DNA of 64,000 bases from an uncultured Methanosarcinales archaeon (lineage in GTDB: Archaea > Nanobdellota > Nanobdellia > Woesearchaeales > CAYVYK01), in assembly GCA_964455675.1 (NCBI GenBank), contig CAYVYK010000001.1, positions 140,463 through 204,462 on the forward strand, in the 5' to 3' direction. This document shows, in pieces, positions 29,401 to 38,999 of this stretch. The position numbers and the translations under genes are program-made. The notes below the pieces were generated by a model. That model had not been told where the DNA came from and did no database searches. It saw only the letters and a list, made by a program, of their open reading frames with translations. Every line of letters begins with the position of its first letter. Within the stretch, counting starts at the first letter, position 1.

Positions 29401-30043
29401 CAATGCTTGGGAGGTATTGGAGATTAGTGATACGCTCGTGGTAGTCATGGAGCTCCGTAGATGTTCGCTTGATCTCCTCCACAGTTGGGTCGTACGTGGT
29501 GTACCCAAGGTTCACGCGGACATAGTCCCCAATGAGCACACATACGGACGCTGCAGTTCCACCTGCGCTACGCACAGGGCCCGAGAACCTCATGACAAAG
29601 TATTCTTTGCCATCGTCGAGGCGCTTTCCGAACTGAAGGTCTGTGAATCCCTCGAGGGGCGATGCGACTGTTCCCATCGTGAGGTACGCAAATCCAACCC
29701 GTATACCTATTTCGATTGCTTCTTTTTTGTCTTTGAAACTGCAGAATTTTCCTTGGGCGATCTCAAGAGCGATGGTGAGTCCGATTCTCCAATCAAGGGA
29801 TCCGTAGGTACCCTCAAGTTCCTTGATGCGTTCAGAGACTCCTGACCCTATGATTTGGGGTGCAATTGAGGATATGAGTCCTTCTACTCGTTCGGCCATG
29901 TTTTTGACGAGTGGAATCTCTACTTTTAATTCAGGATCATACCCTTTTGATCGCGCTGTTTGTGCAATAGTATAGATTGTCTGTACTTCTGAGTCCATTC
30001 GTGCAAAGTATCCCGCTATCTTCTCTGAGTATTCGTTAGTCAT
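26471..30043 (-). CDS. polC: DNA polymerase D large subunit DP2
   Basis: GPVRSAGGT, GGFRLRYGRSR, GARMGRPEK, APHTSAG, RRDCDGDE, C-terminal Zn finger, PIP-like QEGLGKWF. No intein seen. Start 30043 or 30055. Confidence 0.97.
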   Translation of the reverse strand: MTNEYSEKIAGYFARMDSEVQTIYTIAQTARSKGYDPELKVEIPLVKNMAERVEGLISSIAPQIIGSGVSERIKELEGTYGSLDWRIGLTIALEIAQGKFCSFKDKKEAIEIGIRVGFAYLTMGTVASPLEGFTDLQFGKRLDDGKEYFVMRFSGPVRSAGGTAASVCVLIGDYVRVNLGYTTYDPTVEEIKRTSTELHDYHERITNLQYLPSIEEIEYLIGRIPVQISGDPSEVIEVSNYKDLPRIPTNQIRNGVCLVVGEGIAQKAPKLWKQLSKWGADFGLAHWAFLEEFLAIQKTIKSKGKSSKSETFTLTPDYTFIKDLVAGRPVLTYPLASGGFRLRYGRSRVSGYSACSIHPATMVALRDYIALGSQLKLERPGKAASMTSCTTIEGPIIKLHDGSVLRAESETELRKLKDQISKILYLGDILISYGDFFNRASTLLPPGYCPEFWIQELEAAVKKLPNAPTTTNAMIASASIISGVSNEALDRIWHNPLTMRPALRESFLLARQLSIPLHPWYTYHWKEITPDAIVGILIWMEHAEVILEGTECEKIVLPLPSIHKNALELIGIPHKVISNQYAVIEKDYASAFLISLGLYMNYDLARSKLSALEHQASTTNGLELVNKIADVQLRDKSGIFVGARMGRPEKGKQRQLTGSPHGLFPVGTEGGRLRSFQAALGKKKITGDFPVFVCESCGKETIFPMCEVCDKPAKRKYVCKYCGLKDETVCKQHGPCAHYKNQEIDITLHITKVMHKLGMNVLPELVKGVRGTSNKDHTPEHLAKPLLRAKHDVYVNKDGTIRYDMTQLPITHFKPLEIGTGVERLVEMGYTHDIHGSPLTQDTQILELLPQDIILPRCENAPDAGADVILLRIAQFVDELLEKFYDAPAYYRCKTPKDLIGVLVMALAPHTSAGIVCRVIGFSAMQGLLASPMIHAATRRDCDGDEACVILLMDALLNFSRHFLPAHRGSTQDAPLVLTGRLVTTEIDDMVFDMDVSYQYPIEFYHACLSYKKPWDVKIPQVKERLKTPGQYEGFGFTHDTEDINKGVLCSAYKLLPSMQEKLEGQMILAEMIRAVDEHDVARLVIEKHFIKDIRGNLRKFSTQAFRCVDCNASYRRPPIIGKCTACGGKLLFTVAQGSVLKYLEPSLSISRKYNLPAYLKQSLELTQDRIESMFGRDKEKQEGLGKWFG

Positions 30044-31523
30044 CGTCTTCTCCAAACTTAAGTATCTTGATTGCTCGTGTCTTAAGGTTCACAACTGGTA
30101 CCCTGCATGGTTCTGGATGGTGGCCTACCTTCTCCTGAAAAGTGGTTTTTGACTGCCAGCAGCTTCCACAGATGAGTGTAATGTTGCGGTAGTGTGATAC
30201 TGAACATTTGTGGATATGCCCGGTGGCAAGGATGTCGGGTATAGATTGAATGATAAGATTGTCAACTTGTGGATCGGGAGTATAGAGTGTTGACTTGTGG
30301 GATGGTGCGAGATGGCGTTTCTTAAGGAGATATTTCATGATAATGTCCGCTCGATCATATCCTCCCTGGTTTCTGATTGCGTCAACATTCGCGACGTAGT
30401 AATCAAAGCTATACCCATGGTAGAGAAGAATATCAAAACCAGAGAATCCTTCTGATGCGTGGATGTTGATGAGTGCAGGGTTAGAGACCATGAGAACGTT
30501 AGGGAGAGCGTAGAGTGGACCTGCATAATTTGTTGATATGGCAGGCTGTGGTTCGGACAGGTGTACTGCGTCGTGGTTTCCAGGACAGATGATAACGGTG
30601 ATGTGTTGCGGTATTTGCGATATATAGCGAGCTGCTTCCTTGTATTGATCGTAGATATCTGGTATCGTGAGCTCTGTTTCTTGGGAGGGGTATACTCCCA
30701 CTCCATCGACGATATCACCGATGATGAAGAGGTACTTGATCTTTGATGCGATTTCTCTCTGTGATTCTGATCCAGACTCCCCCGAGAGCCATCCGAGAAA
30801 CTTCTGGAGTTCCTTGCCAAGGAATTTGTTTGAACCGACGTGGATGTCGGAGAGGAATGCGGCGTAGGCTTCGTCTTGGCTCTTCTTGAGTTCTTTGTTG
30901 AGAGGAACGTCCGGCTGGATGATCGTGCTCGCGAAGATGAGTTTATCGGCGCTTGCACCAACAACTCCGATTACCTCATCAAGCACGAGCGATTTTGCGA
31001 TGGCAAATAGTTCGGGCTTACTCTGACTAACCATGACTTTGATTTGTCCGGTAGGATCTTCAATGGTAAGTGAAAGATTTCCGTTTTTTGTTGTGGAGAT
31101 ATCCGATACGAGACCAATAATGGATACGGTTGATCGTTCTCGTTTCTGGAGAACGCGCGCGATCGCGGTAAGTCCTTGGAGTTCTTGTCTCACGCGGAGC
31201 ATTGATTCAACGATCCCTAATCTCGTGCAGTAGTGATTGACAAAGTCCTGGACGTTCCAGGATCGTGCTGTTCGGTCAAATGACTTGAGGATTCGCACGT
31301 TTGGTGCTTGTGGTATTGACTGCTGAAGAATCGGTTCGGCAGGGAGTTTTGATGTCTTCAGTCGTACATGCGCCGTGCCATCAGTACTCACGTCCACGTT
31401 GTCATGGAACCAGGTTTCGTAGTCTCCTTCTCTCTCGAGGCGTTCGATGAGTGCTTCATCTGCAAGGATGCCTTGCTCAAGAAGAAAGCTTACGATAGTC
31501 CGTTTTTTTTCAATCGATTCCAT
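30036..31523 (-). CDS. polB: DNA polymerase D small subunit DP1
   Basis: OB fold plus phosphoesterase motifs SDIHVGS, GDIVDG, PGNHD, YHG, GHIH. Confidence 0.96.
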   Translation of the reverse strand: MESIEKKRTIVSFLLEQGILADEALIERLEREGDYETWFHDNVDVSTDGTAHVRLKTSKLPAEPILQQSIPQAPNVRILKSFDRTARSWNVQDFVNHYCTRLGIVESMLRVRQELQGLTAIARVLQKRERSTVSIIGLVSDISTTKNGNLSLTIEDPTGQIKVMVSQSKPELFAIAKSLVLDEVIGVVGASADKLIFASTIIQPDVPLNKELKKSQDEAYAAFLSDIHVGSNKFLGKELQKFLGWLSGESGSESQREIASKIKYLFIIGDIVDGVGVYPSQETELTIPDIYDQYKEAARYISQIPQHITVIICPGNHDAVHLSEPQPAISTNYAGPLYALPNVLMVSNPALINIHASEGFSGFDILLYHGYSFDYYVANVDAIRNQGGYDRADIIMKYLLKKRHLAPSHKSTLYTPDPQVDNLIIQSIPDILATGHIHKCSVSHYRNITLICGSCWQSKTTFQEKVGHHPEPCRVPVVNLKTRAIKILKFGEDDD

Positions 31524-31552
31524 TTTAGGGTGGAAGAACTGTTCGTAGGTGG

Positions 31553-32764
31553 CTACGATAATGCCAGTTCTTCTGCTAAAATCTGCTTGATTTTTTCTAT
31601 GAGTACCGATGGGATGGAAAACGAGATTTCCCTCGTGCGGCCATACCTTCCTTTTGAAATGACTTTCGCATTGATAATTCCAAGCATGTCAAGCTCTGCG
31701 ATAACATCTGAAACGCGTCGCTGAGTGAGTGGTGCAAGTGCAACGCTCTTGCAGAGGTTTCGATATTCCTCGTAAATTTCTCCAGTGAAGATACATGTTT
31801 TCTTGGGTAGTTTTTCGTAGAGGACGATCGTCGCGTAAAGAACTGCTTGAAATTGCGACGGTTGTGAGGCAACGGTATCAAGCACTCTATCCCGCTCGAT
31901 GTTGTCTTCAGCTTTGTCAATATGAGCAACATCGATTGCGTTGAGGTTCTCTCGTTCGGCGAGTTCTCCTGCGACGCGGAGGAGCTCAAGGGCCCTGCGT
32001 GCATCGCCATGTTCTCGCGCAGCATATGCTGCGCACTTCTCGATGACCCCTTCTTTTATTGAAGTTGTTTTGAATGCAAGACGTGACCTCTCGCGCAGGA
32101 TTTCCTGTATTTGCAGTGCGTTGTACGGTGGAAAGTGTACCTCCTCTTCGGAGAGTGAACTCTTAATGCGTGCATCGAGGTGATCGACAAATACAAGATC
32201 GTTTGAGATACCGATGAGTGATATCTGAGCTTGTTTGAGCTCAGCGTTTATTCTTGTGAGGTTGTAGAGGAGTTCGTCTCCTGCTTTTTTCACGAGCTGG
32301 TCGATTTCATCAAGGATGAGAATTATGATTTGGTTCTTGTTGTCCATCGCTTCAAAGAGTGTCTTGTAGACTTCTTCTGTGGGAAGCCCGGTTGGCGGAA
32401 TTGCTTTTCCAAACTCCCTCGCAAGATGCGCGATGAGTCGGTATTCTGTGTCCACAATTTTTTTGAGCTTGCAGTTGAGATAGATTATTTTGATAGGAAG
32501 ATCTCGCTGTTTTGATAGTTCAAGGAGCTTGTTTGTGGTATGAATGACTGAAAGCGTTTTTCCAGTTCCAGTTTTTCCATAGAGGAATATGTTGGATGGC
32601 TTGTCTAGCTTTAGACATGGCGCGAGTATTCCTGCAATTTTCTGAATTTGTTCATCCCTATGCGCGATGACTTCAGGTGTATAATTTGACTGGAGAACTT
32701 TCTTATTGAGAAAAATAGACTCTTTTTCAAGGTACGTCTCAAAAAAATTGGTAAGATTAGTCAT
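31553..32764 (-). CDS. cdc6: Orc1/Cdc6 replication initiator
   Basis: YGKTGTGKT, ILDEID, HGDARRAL, winged helix with SKGRYGRTR. Start MTNLT at 32764. Confidence 0.97.
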   Translation of the reverse strand: MTNLTNFFETYLEKESIFLNKKVLQSNYTPEVIAHRDEQIQKIAGILAPCLKLDKPSNIFLYGKTGTGKTLSVIHTTNKLLELSKQRDLPIKIIYLNCKLKKIVDTEYRLIAHLAREFGKAIPPTGLPTEEVYKTLFEAMDNKNQIIILILDEIDQLVKKAGDELLYNLTRINAELKQAQISLIGISNDLVFVDHLDARIKSSLSEEEVHFPPYNALQIQEILRERSRLAFKTTSIKEGVIEKCAAYAAREHGDARRALELLRVAGELAERENLNAIDVAHIDKAEDNIERDRVLDTVASQPSQFQAVLYATIVLYEKLPKKTCIFTGEIYEEYRNLCKSVALAPLTQRRVSDVIAELDMLGIINAKVISKGRYGRTREISFSIPSVLIEKIKQILAEELALS

Positions 32765-33304
32765 GCACGTGCTCCATAGGAAACAGAGCCTTATATATTT
32801 TATGCTGCCCGAATATCCATACTTGAGCACCTATGCCTGTCCCCTTCGTTTCCTGTGGAAACATATAATATAATATACAAAAATCAAATTACAATATAGA
32901 AATAAAATATCCCAATCAAAAATTAGACCAAATCAACAAAATTGAAGGATTCCCAGAAATTGTTCTCATTTTTTCCTCTCAACGATCCACTCACTTCATT
33001 CGGATTTGAACTCCATAAGGCTTTTCAAGTGCTCCAAATGAAATGAACCTCTGGGAGTATGGACGACTCGGAGCATAACGAACATGACATTATCTGATAC
33101 TAGAAACGCTCAGAAAAATCCCTCGGTAATTGCTTCAATATGATCATAGAACATAGTGAGCTCAAAAAATTGTCCTCTTTTATCGCATTCGATAACAATA
33201 AAGGAAATGCACAAAAGGTGTTGTCACTCCAAAGTAATTTAAGAACGAAATGTATATAAAGCGGACTTGCTTTCCTTCGATAAACACAGGAGGAGCGTGG
33301 TTTC
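32765..33304. other. Probable replication origin (oriC)
   Basis: 540-bp gap upstream of cdc6. Full ORB with G-string on the minus strand at 32841-32862 (GTTTCCACAGGAAACGAAGGGG); ORB-like copies at 32771-32788, about 32992-33005 and 33031-33047; AT-rich tract about 32863-32945. Confidence 0.85.
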
Positions 33305-34105
33305 ATGATTGTCCAGAAGGAATTTTTGAATAAACTCAAAGATTTCGGCCTTAACAGCTATGAAGGTAAGCTTTGGACGGCTTTACTTTCTCGCGGTATC
33401 GCCACAGCAGGTGAATTGAGTGACATTGCAAATGTACCTCGTTCCCGAAGTTATGATGTTCTAGAAAGCTTGGAGAAGAAAGGTTTCATTATCATGAAGT
33501 TAGGCAAGCCTATCAAGTATATTGCTGTTCCTCCTGCCGATGTTGTTGAACGTGTCAAGCGTAAACTCATTGAAGAAGCCGAATCGCAAACACGTATGAT
33601 CGAAGAACTGAGAAAAAGCAATGTTCTTGAGGAACTGAATCAGCTTCATTCTGAAGGTATTACCACAATTGAACCAACAGAGATATCTGGTGTTATCAAA
33701 GGGCGGAATAACCTGTTCCACCATCTGGAGACCATGGTCAAGAATGCACAATCATCTGTTACAATACTGACGACAGAAAAGGGTTTTGTGAGAAAGGGAG
33801 AGCAACTGAAGGTTTCTCTGAAGAAGGCTTTTGACAGAGGAGTCAAGATAAAGGTTGCAGCTCCTGTGAACAAGAATTCAAAAGTGTATCCGTTCTTCAA
33901 GTCGATATCTGACGTACGTCATTCTGGCGCGTTTGAAGGCAGATGGTGTATCATCGATGGTAAGGAGATCACATTTATGCTTCTGAATGATGATCATATT
34001 CATTCAAGCTATGATATCGGTGTCTGGATTAAAACACCCTTCTTTGCCTCCGCTGTCGAGAAGACTTTTTTGCACGTATGGGATGACATGAAGCAAGTGA
34101 AGTAA
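33305..34105 (+). CDS. TrmB-family transcriptional regulator/chromatin protein
   Basis: FGLNSYE...ATAGELSDIANVPRSRSYDVLESLEKKG HTH, coiled coil, C-terminal PLD-like domain; GGAGG RBS. Confidence 0.92.
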   Translation: MIVQKEFLNKLKDFGLNSYEGKLWTALLSRGIATAGELSDIANVPRSRSYDVLESLEKKGFIIMKLGKPIKYIAVPPADVVERVKRKLIEEAESQTRMIEELRKSNVLEELNQLHSEGITTIEPTEISGVIKGRNNLFHHLETMVKNAQSSVTILTTEKGFVRKGEQLKVSLKKAFDRGVKIKVAAPVNKNSKVYPFFKSISDVRHSGAFEGRWCIIDGKEITFMLLNDDHIHSSYDIGVWIKTPFFASAVEKTFLHVWDDMKQVK

Positions 34106-34148
34106 TGCTTCAGTACTTTTATAAATTCCATAGACCTGCTTTGTTTTT

Positions 34149-35321
34149 ATGCAAAGATCTCTTGAGGTAAGTCAGTTCTTTCCTTCTGAGTACTACCCTT
34201 CTTTAGGTATTATGGTTAAGAATTTTGTTGATCTTGCTTCCAGGAGGATTTCCTGTGATATCCTTTCGCCCAAACCTTTCATGCCTCCGATTCCTGGGTT
34301 GCCATACTGGAAAATGTCCTTGCTACCAAGAACGAAACAGTTTCCTTCCTACACAGTCCATATGCCAAGGTACTTGTATCCATTACCAAAGCGATGGTTC
34401 TTTCATCGAACGGGTGATTTCTTTGCCTCCAGCATCAGGCAGTATCTTCCTCATCTTCAACCCCCTGATATTGTGCATGCGCATTTCTCGTATCCAGAGG
34501 GGTACGCATGCGCCATACTGAAAGACTCTATCAAGGCCCCTCTGGTGATTCATGCGCGTGGAACAAACGAGCGCATTCTTGCAAATACTGCTCCCTTGAT
34601 TGGTGAGAAGATTCGCCAAGGTTTTGATCAAGCTGATGCGGTGATCGCGAATAGCTTTGAGTTGCAGCGCTGCTGCAGAGCACTTGGTGTTTCGCGTGCA
34701 AAGATCCACGTGATTCCAAACGGAGTTGACACTGGGCTATTTCGACCAAAGAACAAAAAACAAATGAGAAAACAGCTCGGCCTTCCAGCAGACAAATGTA
34801 TTGTTCTGTATGTTGGTATGCTACGCGAAATCAAGGGGTGTCTCGTGCTGGCAAGGGCTGCGGAGGAGGTCTTACGTCACAAGCCAGATGCTTTTTTCGT
34901 TTTTGTGGGTGATGGAGAACTCTCTACTGTATTGAAGAAGTCTTTTCCGCAAAAGAGTGTTCTCTTTGCCGGGGCAAGACCTTACGAAGAGATCCCATTT
35001 TGGATGAATGCCGCCGATATCCTTGTGCTCCCCTCCCTTTCTGAGGCAAGGAGTAATGTTATTCCTGAGGCGCTCTCGTGCGGAATACCTGTGGTCGCAA
35101 GTGACGTCGGCGGTATTCCGGAGGTCATGCGCTCTTCGCATGGGATTATGGTAAAGCCCGGGGATTCACCTGAACTGTCTGGAGCTTTAATAAAACTCAT
35201 TGATTCTCCCGATCTCATACATCGATTGGGATTACGAGCAAGGGACTTCGTAGTGAATTCTGGTCTGACATGGCAGTCTCATACAGAGAAAACGCTGAAA
35301 TTATACTCAACTTTAGTATGA
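34149..35321 (+). CDS. GT4-family glycosyltransferase
   Basis: DIVHAH, VIPNGVD, DILVLPSLSE...EALSCGIPVVASDVGGIPE. Confidence 0.93.
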   Translation: MQRSLEVSQFFPSEYYPSLGIMVKNFVDLASRRISCDILSPKPFMPPIPGLPYWKMSLLPRTKQFPSYTVHMPRYLYPLPKRWFFHRTGDFFASSIRQYLPHLQPPDIVHAHFSYPEGYACAILKDSIKAPLVIHARGTNERILANTAPLIGEKIRQGFDQADAVIANSFELQRCCRALGVSRAKIHVIPNGVDTGLFRPKNKKQMRKQLGLPADKCIVLYVGMLREIKGCLVLARAAEEVLRHKPDAFFVFVGDGELSTVLKKSFPQKSVLFAGARPYEEIPFWMNAADILVLPSLSEARSNVIPEALSCGIPVVASDVGGIPEVMRSSHGIMVKPGDSPELSGALIKLIDSPDLIHRLGLRARDFVVNSGLTWQSHTEKTLKLYSTLV

Positions 35322-36251
35322 TTACACTCTGTGGGATCCAAGTGGCGGTTCCGCCTTCCGATAAATGATGAGGTGTGCAAGGCATAGGAGGAATGTGACG
35401 ACTGTGAGCGCGCGGATACTGAGTGCAAAGAGGTGTGAGCTCCCCGTAGATAGTCCCCAAACGCGCGTGAGTATGAGGTGGTTTGAGATCTCGAGTGTTC
35501 CGATGGCTCCAGGAATAAATGTGATAGATCCGATGAGTGTTGCAACACACATGGTAAGCATGCACGGTAGAACCGGTAATGGAATGTCCATAATTCGCGC
35601 AACAATCCACCAGGTGATTCCATTCACTGCCCAGAGTGCGATCGTGAGAACAGCTGTCCAAATGACGGTTGCAGGGTCCTCAAGGACTGCTTGAAGTGCT
35701 GCGCGTGTGTCCTGTAATGATCGAATTCTATCTGAAAGAAAGTAGAATGCCGCAATGAAGGCAGCCATGACCGCTATAACCCCAATGACAATTTTGTTTA
35801 CGTTCATTCCAATGGTTTCTGTTCCGACGGTATAAAGGAAGATTACCGCGATAACAAAGATTATTATGATGTCAGCGATTTTTTCAACCATAAACGCCGC
35901 GAGCATCTTTCTTCTTCGTAGCTGCTTTGTCTGTTTGAGAAACTGAAGCTTGACGATATCGCCGCTCTGCGCGGGCGAGAAGAGTGAGAATGTCATTGCT
36001 GAAGTTGAAACCATATACATGTGGAGGTAAGAGATGCCCATGCCACCGGTGCGAAGGAGGACTCTCGTTCTGACGCTCCGTAATATGAAATAGAACAATA
36101 GGGCCCCGAGAAGTAGTGCAAAATACAGCAGCTGACTTGGGTGGAACGTATACTTCACTCCTTCCAAGTCCGCTTGGGAAATATACCATATGAAGACGAC
36201 TACACCGACAGCAAAGAGGAGGCCAATCCCAATTTTTTCAATTATTCTCAA
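35322..36251 (-). CDS. UPF0104/LPG-synthase-TM flippase-like membrane protein
   Basis: FSPAQSGDIVK, VEKIAD, FIPGAIGTLE; multi-TM; TTG start. Confidence 0.87.
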   Translation of the reverse strand: MRIIEKIGIGLLFAVGVVVFIWYISQADLEGVKYTFHPSQLLYFALLLGALLFYFILRSVRTRVLLRTGGMGISYLHMYMVSTSAMTFSLFSPAQSGDIVKLQFLKQTKQLRRRKMLAAFMVEKIADIIIIFVIAVIFLYTVGTETIGMNVNKIVIGVIAVMAAFIAAFYFLSDRIRSLQDTRAALQAVLEDPATVIWTAVLTIALWAVNGITWWIVARIMDIPLPVLPCMLTMCVATLIGSITFIPGAIGTLEISNHLILTRVWGLSTGSSHLFALSIRALTVVTFLLCLAHLIIYRKAEPPLGSHRV

Positions 36252-36391
36252 GGCAGGTCATTTCTCCTAAGCAGAGTATAAATTTTTTTGGTTGTGGTGC
36301 TTGTATGAATTTTCTCTCAACTTTAAAAAACCAAAACTTTAAATAGCCTCGTATCTGCTGAGATACGAAACCATTGAGCGAGGGTGATTGC

Positions 36392-36583
36392 ATGGTACTA
36401 GACATCACGAATTTGACATTGATTGTAATTCTTGCGACGCTTGCGGCTATTGTGTACATGCTGCGTGTTATGGTGCTTATGGAGCGCCGTGTAGCCCGCA
36501 TGGAAGGTCATGTTGAGAAGATAGCAAACCGCATACTGTCCGAAGAGTTAAAGATTGAAAAGCAGCTAAAACGATCAAGATAA
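36392..36583 (+). CDS. Small TM plus coiled-coil protein
   Basis: ILATLAAIVYMLRVMVLMERRVARME; GAGGGTGA RBS before ATG 36392. Confidence 0.78.
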   Translation: MVLDITNLTLIVILATLAAIVYMLRVMVLMERRVARMEGHVEKIANRILSEELKIEKQLKRSR

Positions 36584-36585
36584 CA

Positions 36586-37443
36586 ATGGTTTCTCAGAGC
36601 AAGAAATTCGTTCATGCGGCTCGGGACCTTGAGTCTGTAGCACGTGATATTCTGAAGAGATGTAAGTCCTTACAGCGCAATGCGAGTGTATCAGAAGTAT
36701 CCCGTGAGCTGCAGAACCTCCAAAAGCAAGTACTGCATGAGGGCCCAGAGGTTCATCATCTCATAAATAATCTGGTGTTCCACGTGAAGAAGGCATCGCA
36801 CGTTTCAGAGATTCCGGGGATCCTAAAAGGTAGTATGGAACAACTCCTTGGTATCTTATCTGATGAGCATGACAAGGCAGCGTTTTTCGCAAGTGAGAAG
36901 ATACGTCCTGGTTCCGAAGTGTTGGTGTTTGGTACGAATGATCGCATGCTGCACTTCATCGTGCAGATGCTAGCGAAACGCCGGCCTGCCGCAATCCATC
37001 TGCTTGATGCGCATCCTTTCTGGGTGGGGAAGCATTGGGTGCGCGTGCTCTCCGAGCTTGGGATTCCAATACACTATCACGCTTTTGCTCAGGTTGATGA
37101 GGCGTTGCGTCACGTGGACGTGGTTTTTCTTGGCTGTGAGTATGTGACAAGCGACTTTCGTGTGGTGACGGTTGTTGGCTCCCGTGCGCTTATCAGGCTC
37201 GCGGGGGATCATGCTGTGCCAGTCTATTTGTGTCTACATTCGTGGGACTATCATCCAAAGGCGTCCTCTCGGCATATCGCTCTCGAGCGTCACGATCTTG
37301 CGCATAAGCTGTTGCCAAGCGCACATCGTTCTGTGAGAATCGACACTTCTCTTCATGAGTTTATTGATATTGACGCGCTCACTGGAATAATTTCTGAGAA
37401 GGGAATCCTTGCGCCCTCGGTGTGGAAGACAAAGGCAGTTTAG
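36586..37443 (+). CDS. eIF-2B alpha/beta/delta / ribose-1,5-bisphosphate isomerase-like protein, apparently degenerate
   Basis: EKIRPGSEVLVFG, DAHPFWVG, VDVVFLGCE, VVTVVGS, VPVY and LTGIISEKGIL follow the IF-2B fold pattern. Confidence 0.8.
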   Translation: MVSQSKKFVHAARDLESVARDILKRCKSLQRNASVSEVSRELQNLQKQVLHEGPEVHHLINNLVFHVKKASHVSEIPGILKGSMEQLLGILSDEHDKAAFFASEKIRPGSEVLVFGTNDRMLHFIVQMLAKRRPAAIHLLDAHPFWVGKHWVRVLSELGIPIHYHAFAQVDEALRHVDVVFLGCEYVTSDFRVVTVVGSRALIRLAGDHAVPVYLCLHSWDYHPKASSRHIALERHDLAHKLLPSAHRSVRIDTSLHEFIDIDALTGIISEKGILAPSVWKTKAV

Positions 37444-37952
37444 CTGTTTGCGAGTTCTCGTTCGAGTTTTCCAATCGATCTTTTGATCTCTTCGATCTTG
37501 CTTTCATTCTCTTCCTTGTCAAGGAGCATCCCGCACTCAGGGCATTTGAATGAGAATTCTGTTGCTTGTTCGAAATCGAGTCGTATACATTTGTTCTTGC
37601 ATACAAAGAAATGATTTTCATTCTCGCGCTTAAGACGGTCCTGTAATTTCTGCACTTTTCTTTTTTTCACTTCCCGCATCAGGTAGGGCACATGTTTGAG
37701 ATTGAGTGTCCAGTAATAGATGTACCATCCCTTTACTTTGTCCTTTTTTCGGATGAATGTCACGAGATTTGTATCATAGAGCCGGTAGAGCATATTACGG
37801 ATGGTATTGACTTCTGCTTTGAGATCTTCAGCTATCTTGAACTCCGAGATGTTTTTCTTGTTCTTGAGGTACCTTACGAGTTGCAGCGTGTCCGCTCCGG
37901 CCACTTCACTGATAAGATCCTCTGTTTCCTTGACGCCGATCTTCATTTTCAC
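37440..37952 (-). CDS. tfe: Transcription factor E alpha subunit
   Basis: VNTIRNMLYRL, KGWYIYYW, Zn ribbon FVCKNKC...FKCPECG. Confidence 0.93.
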   Translation of the reverse strand: MKMKIGVKETEDLISEVAGADTLQLVRYLKNKKNISEFKIAEDLKAEVNTIRNMLYRLYDTNLVTFIRKKDKVKGWYIYYWTLNLKHVPYLMREVKKRKVQKLQDRLKRENENHFFVCKNKCIRLDFEQATEFSFKCPECGMLLDKEENESKIEEIKRSIGKLERELANS

Positions 37953-38206
37953 TCAAGCCCAGTTATAACTATGCAAGGTATTCATACTATATAAACCTTG
38001 TGTTTTTCATATTTTTCTAAAAAACCATTAAAACCGTTGTTGCCAAAAAGGAGGCCGATTCAACCCCCAAAGCCAATCTAAACCGAATTTTATGTGCGGG
38101 AATCTAATTCTCGCATTTATTTAATGCTTATTCTTGCCTTTTTTTTCAATTACTACCATGTTTTATCACTGGAAAATGGATACGGAATGTCCTCCTTTCG
38201 TCTTCC

Positions 38207-38596
38207 TCACGAGCGGAGAAGTTCGGCTGTGGCAAGGCCTGTGGAAAGGGCTCGCTCTTTGGTGACTTTGTATCCGGTAGGTGTCTGGATGAGATCCTCG
38301 GGCGGTACAAACTTCCAAGCCTCTCCGGCAAACTTGATACCAAACCAGAGCTCAGCGCCAAACGTCCTCGCGAAGGTGGTTGCCTGGAGAATCTCGTCCT
38401 TGTTGAAATATTTTGCAGGGTCGTTCGTCATCTTGCATTCAATGGCAAGCTTCCTATTACCCTTGCCCGCCACAAGATCCACGGTTGGGAATCTGCTTGC
38501 CCCGGATCCTGCAATTCGAATGCATGCAAATCCATGCTCCCAAAACGCACGGACTAGTTCTCGTTCTCCGTTAATCCCCTTACCTTTTCTGTTCAC
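38207..38596 (-). CDS. hjc: Holliday junction resolvase Hjc
   Basis: KGINGEREL, RIAGSG, VDLVAG, AIECK. Confidence 0.93.
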   Translation of the reverse strand: MNRKGKGINGERELVRAFWEHGFACIRIAGSGASRFPTVDLVAGKGNRKLAIECKMTNDPAKYFNKDEILQATTFARTFGAELWFGIKFAGEAWKFVPPEDLIQTPTGYKVTKERALSTGLATAELLRS

Positions 38597-38734
38597 CTAT
38601 TTAGCTTTGTTGTTTATCCTTAAAAATCTTATCCATGAGTGTCCAGTGCGCTTCGACCCGGATTCTCCACAAAAACAAATGTTTAAATATTCCGTGCTTG
38701 CCCATGCCTCTATTCGAAGAACGGGGGCGATTCT

Positions 38735-38947
38735 ATGTCGAAACGAGGAATTCCATTAGCATCCATGGAAAAATTGCTGAAAAACACCGGTGCAGAGCGG
38801 GTTGCTGACAATGCGAAGGTCGCATTGAAGGAAGTTCTGGAACAGCTTGCCGATCGGGTCTCCCGTACTGCATTTGAGTATGCGAAGCATGCCGGAAGAA
38901 AAACAATTAAGGCTGCTGACATCAAGCTTGCCGCAAAGAATTTGTAA
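38735..38947 (+). CDS. Archaeal histone
   Basis: IPLASMEKLLK, GAERVA, AKHAGRKTIKAADI. Confidence 0.95.
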   Translation: MSKRGIPLASMEKLLKNTGAERVADNAKVALKEVLEQLADRVSRTAFEYAKHAGRKTIKAADIKLAAKNL

Positions 38948-38999
38948 CGTATTGGCTTATCAGCAATCTGGTAACCACGGAGCAGTCCACGATCATCCA

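Noticed and set aside
26471..30043. Inteins in DP2, also checked in PolB, Cdc6 and the visible part of MCM
   Set aside because: Lengths are normal and motifs are contiguous.
38094..38759. 221-aa plus-strand ORF, and the many other antisense or nested ORFs in the track
   Set aside because: They overlap well-supported genes such as hjc and show no recognisable motifs.
38955..38999. Possible second C/D sRNA on the minus strand after rnz (TGGATGA...CTGA)
   Set aside because: Only about 40 nt, with no convincing D'/C' boxes, terminal stem or confident target.
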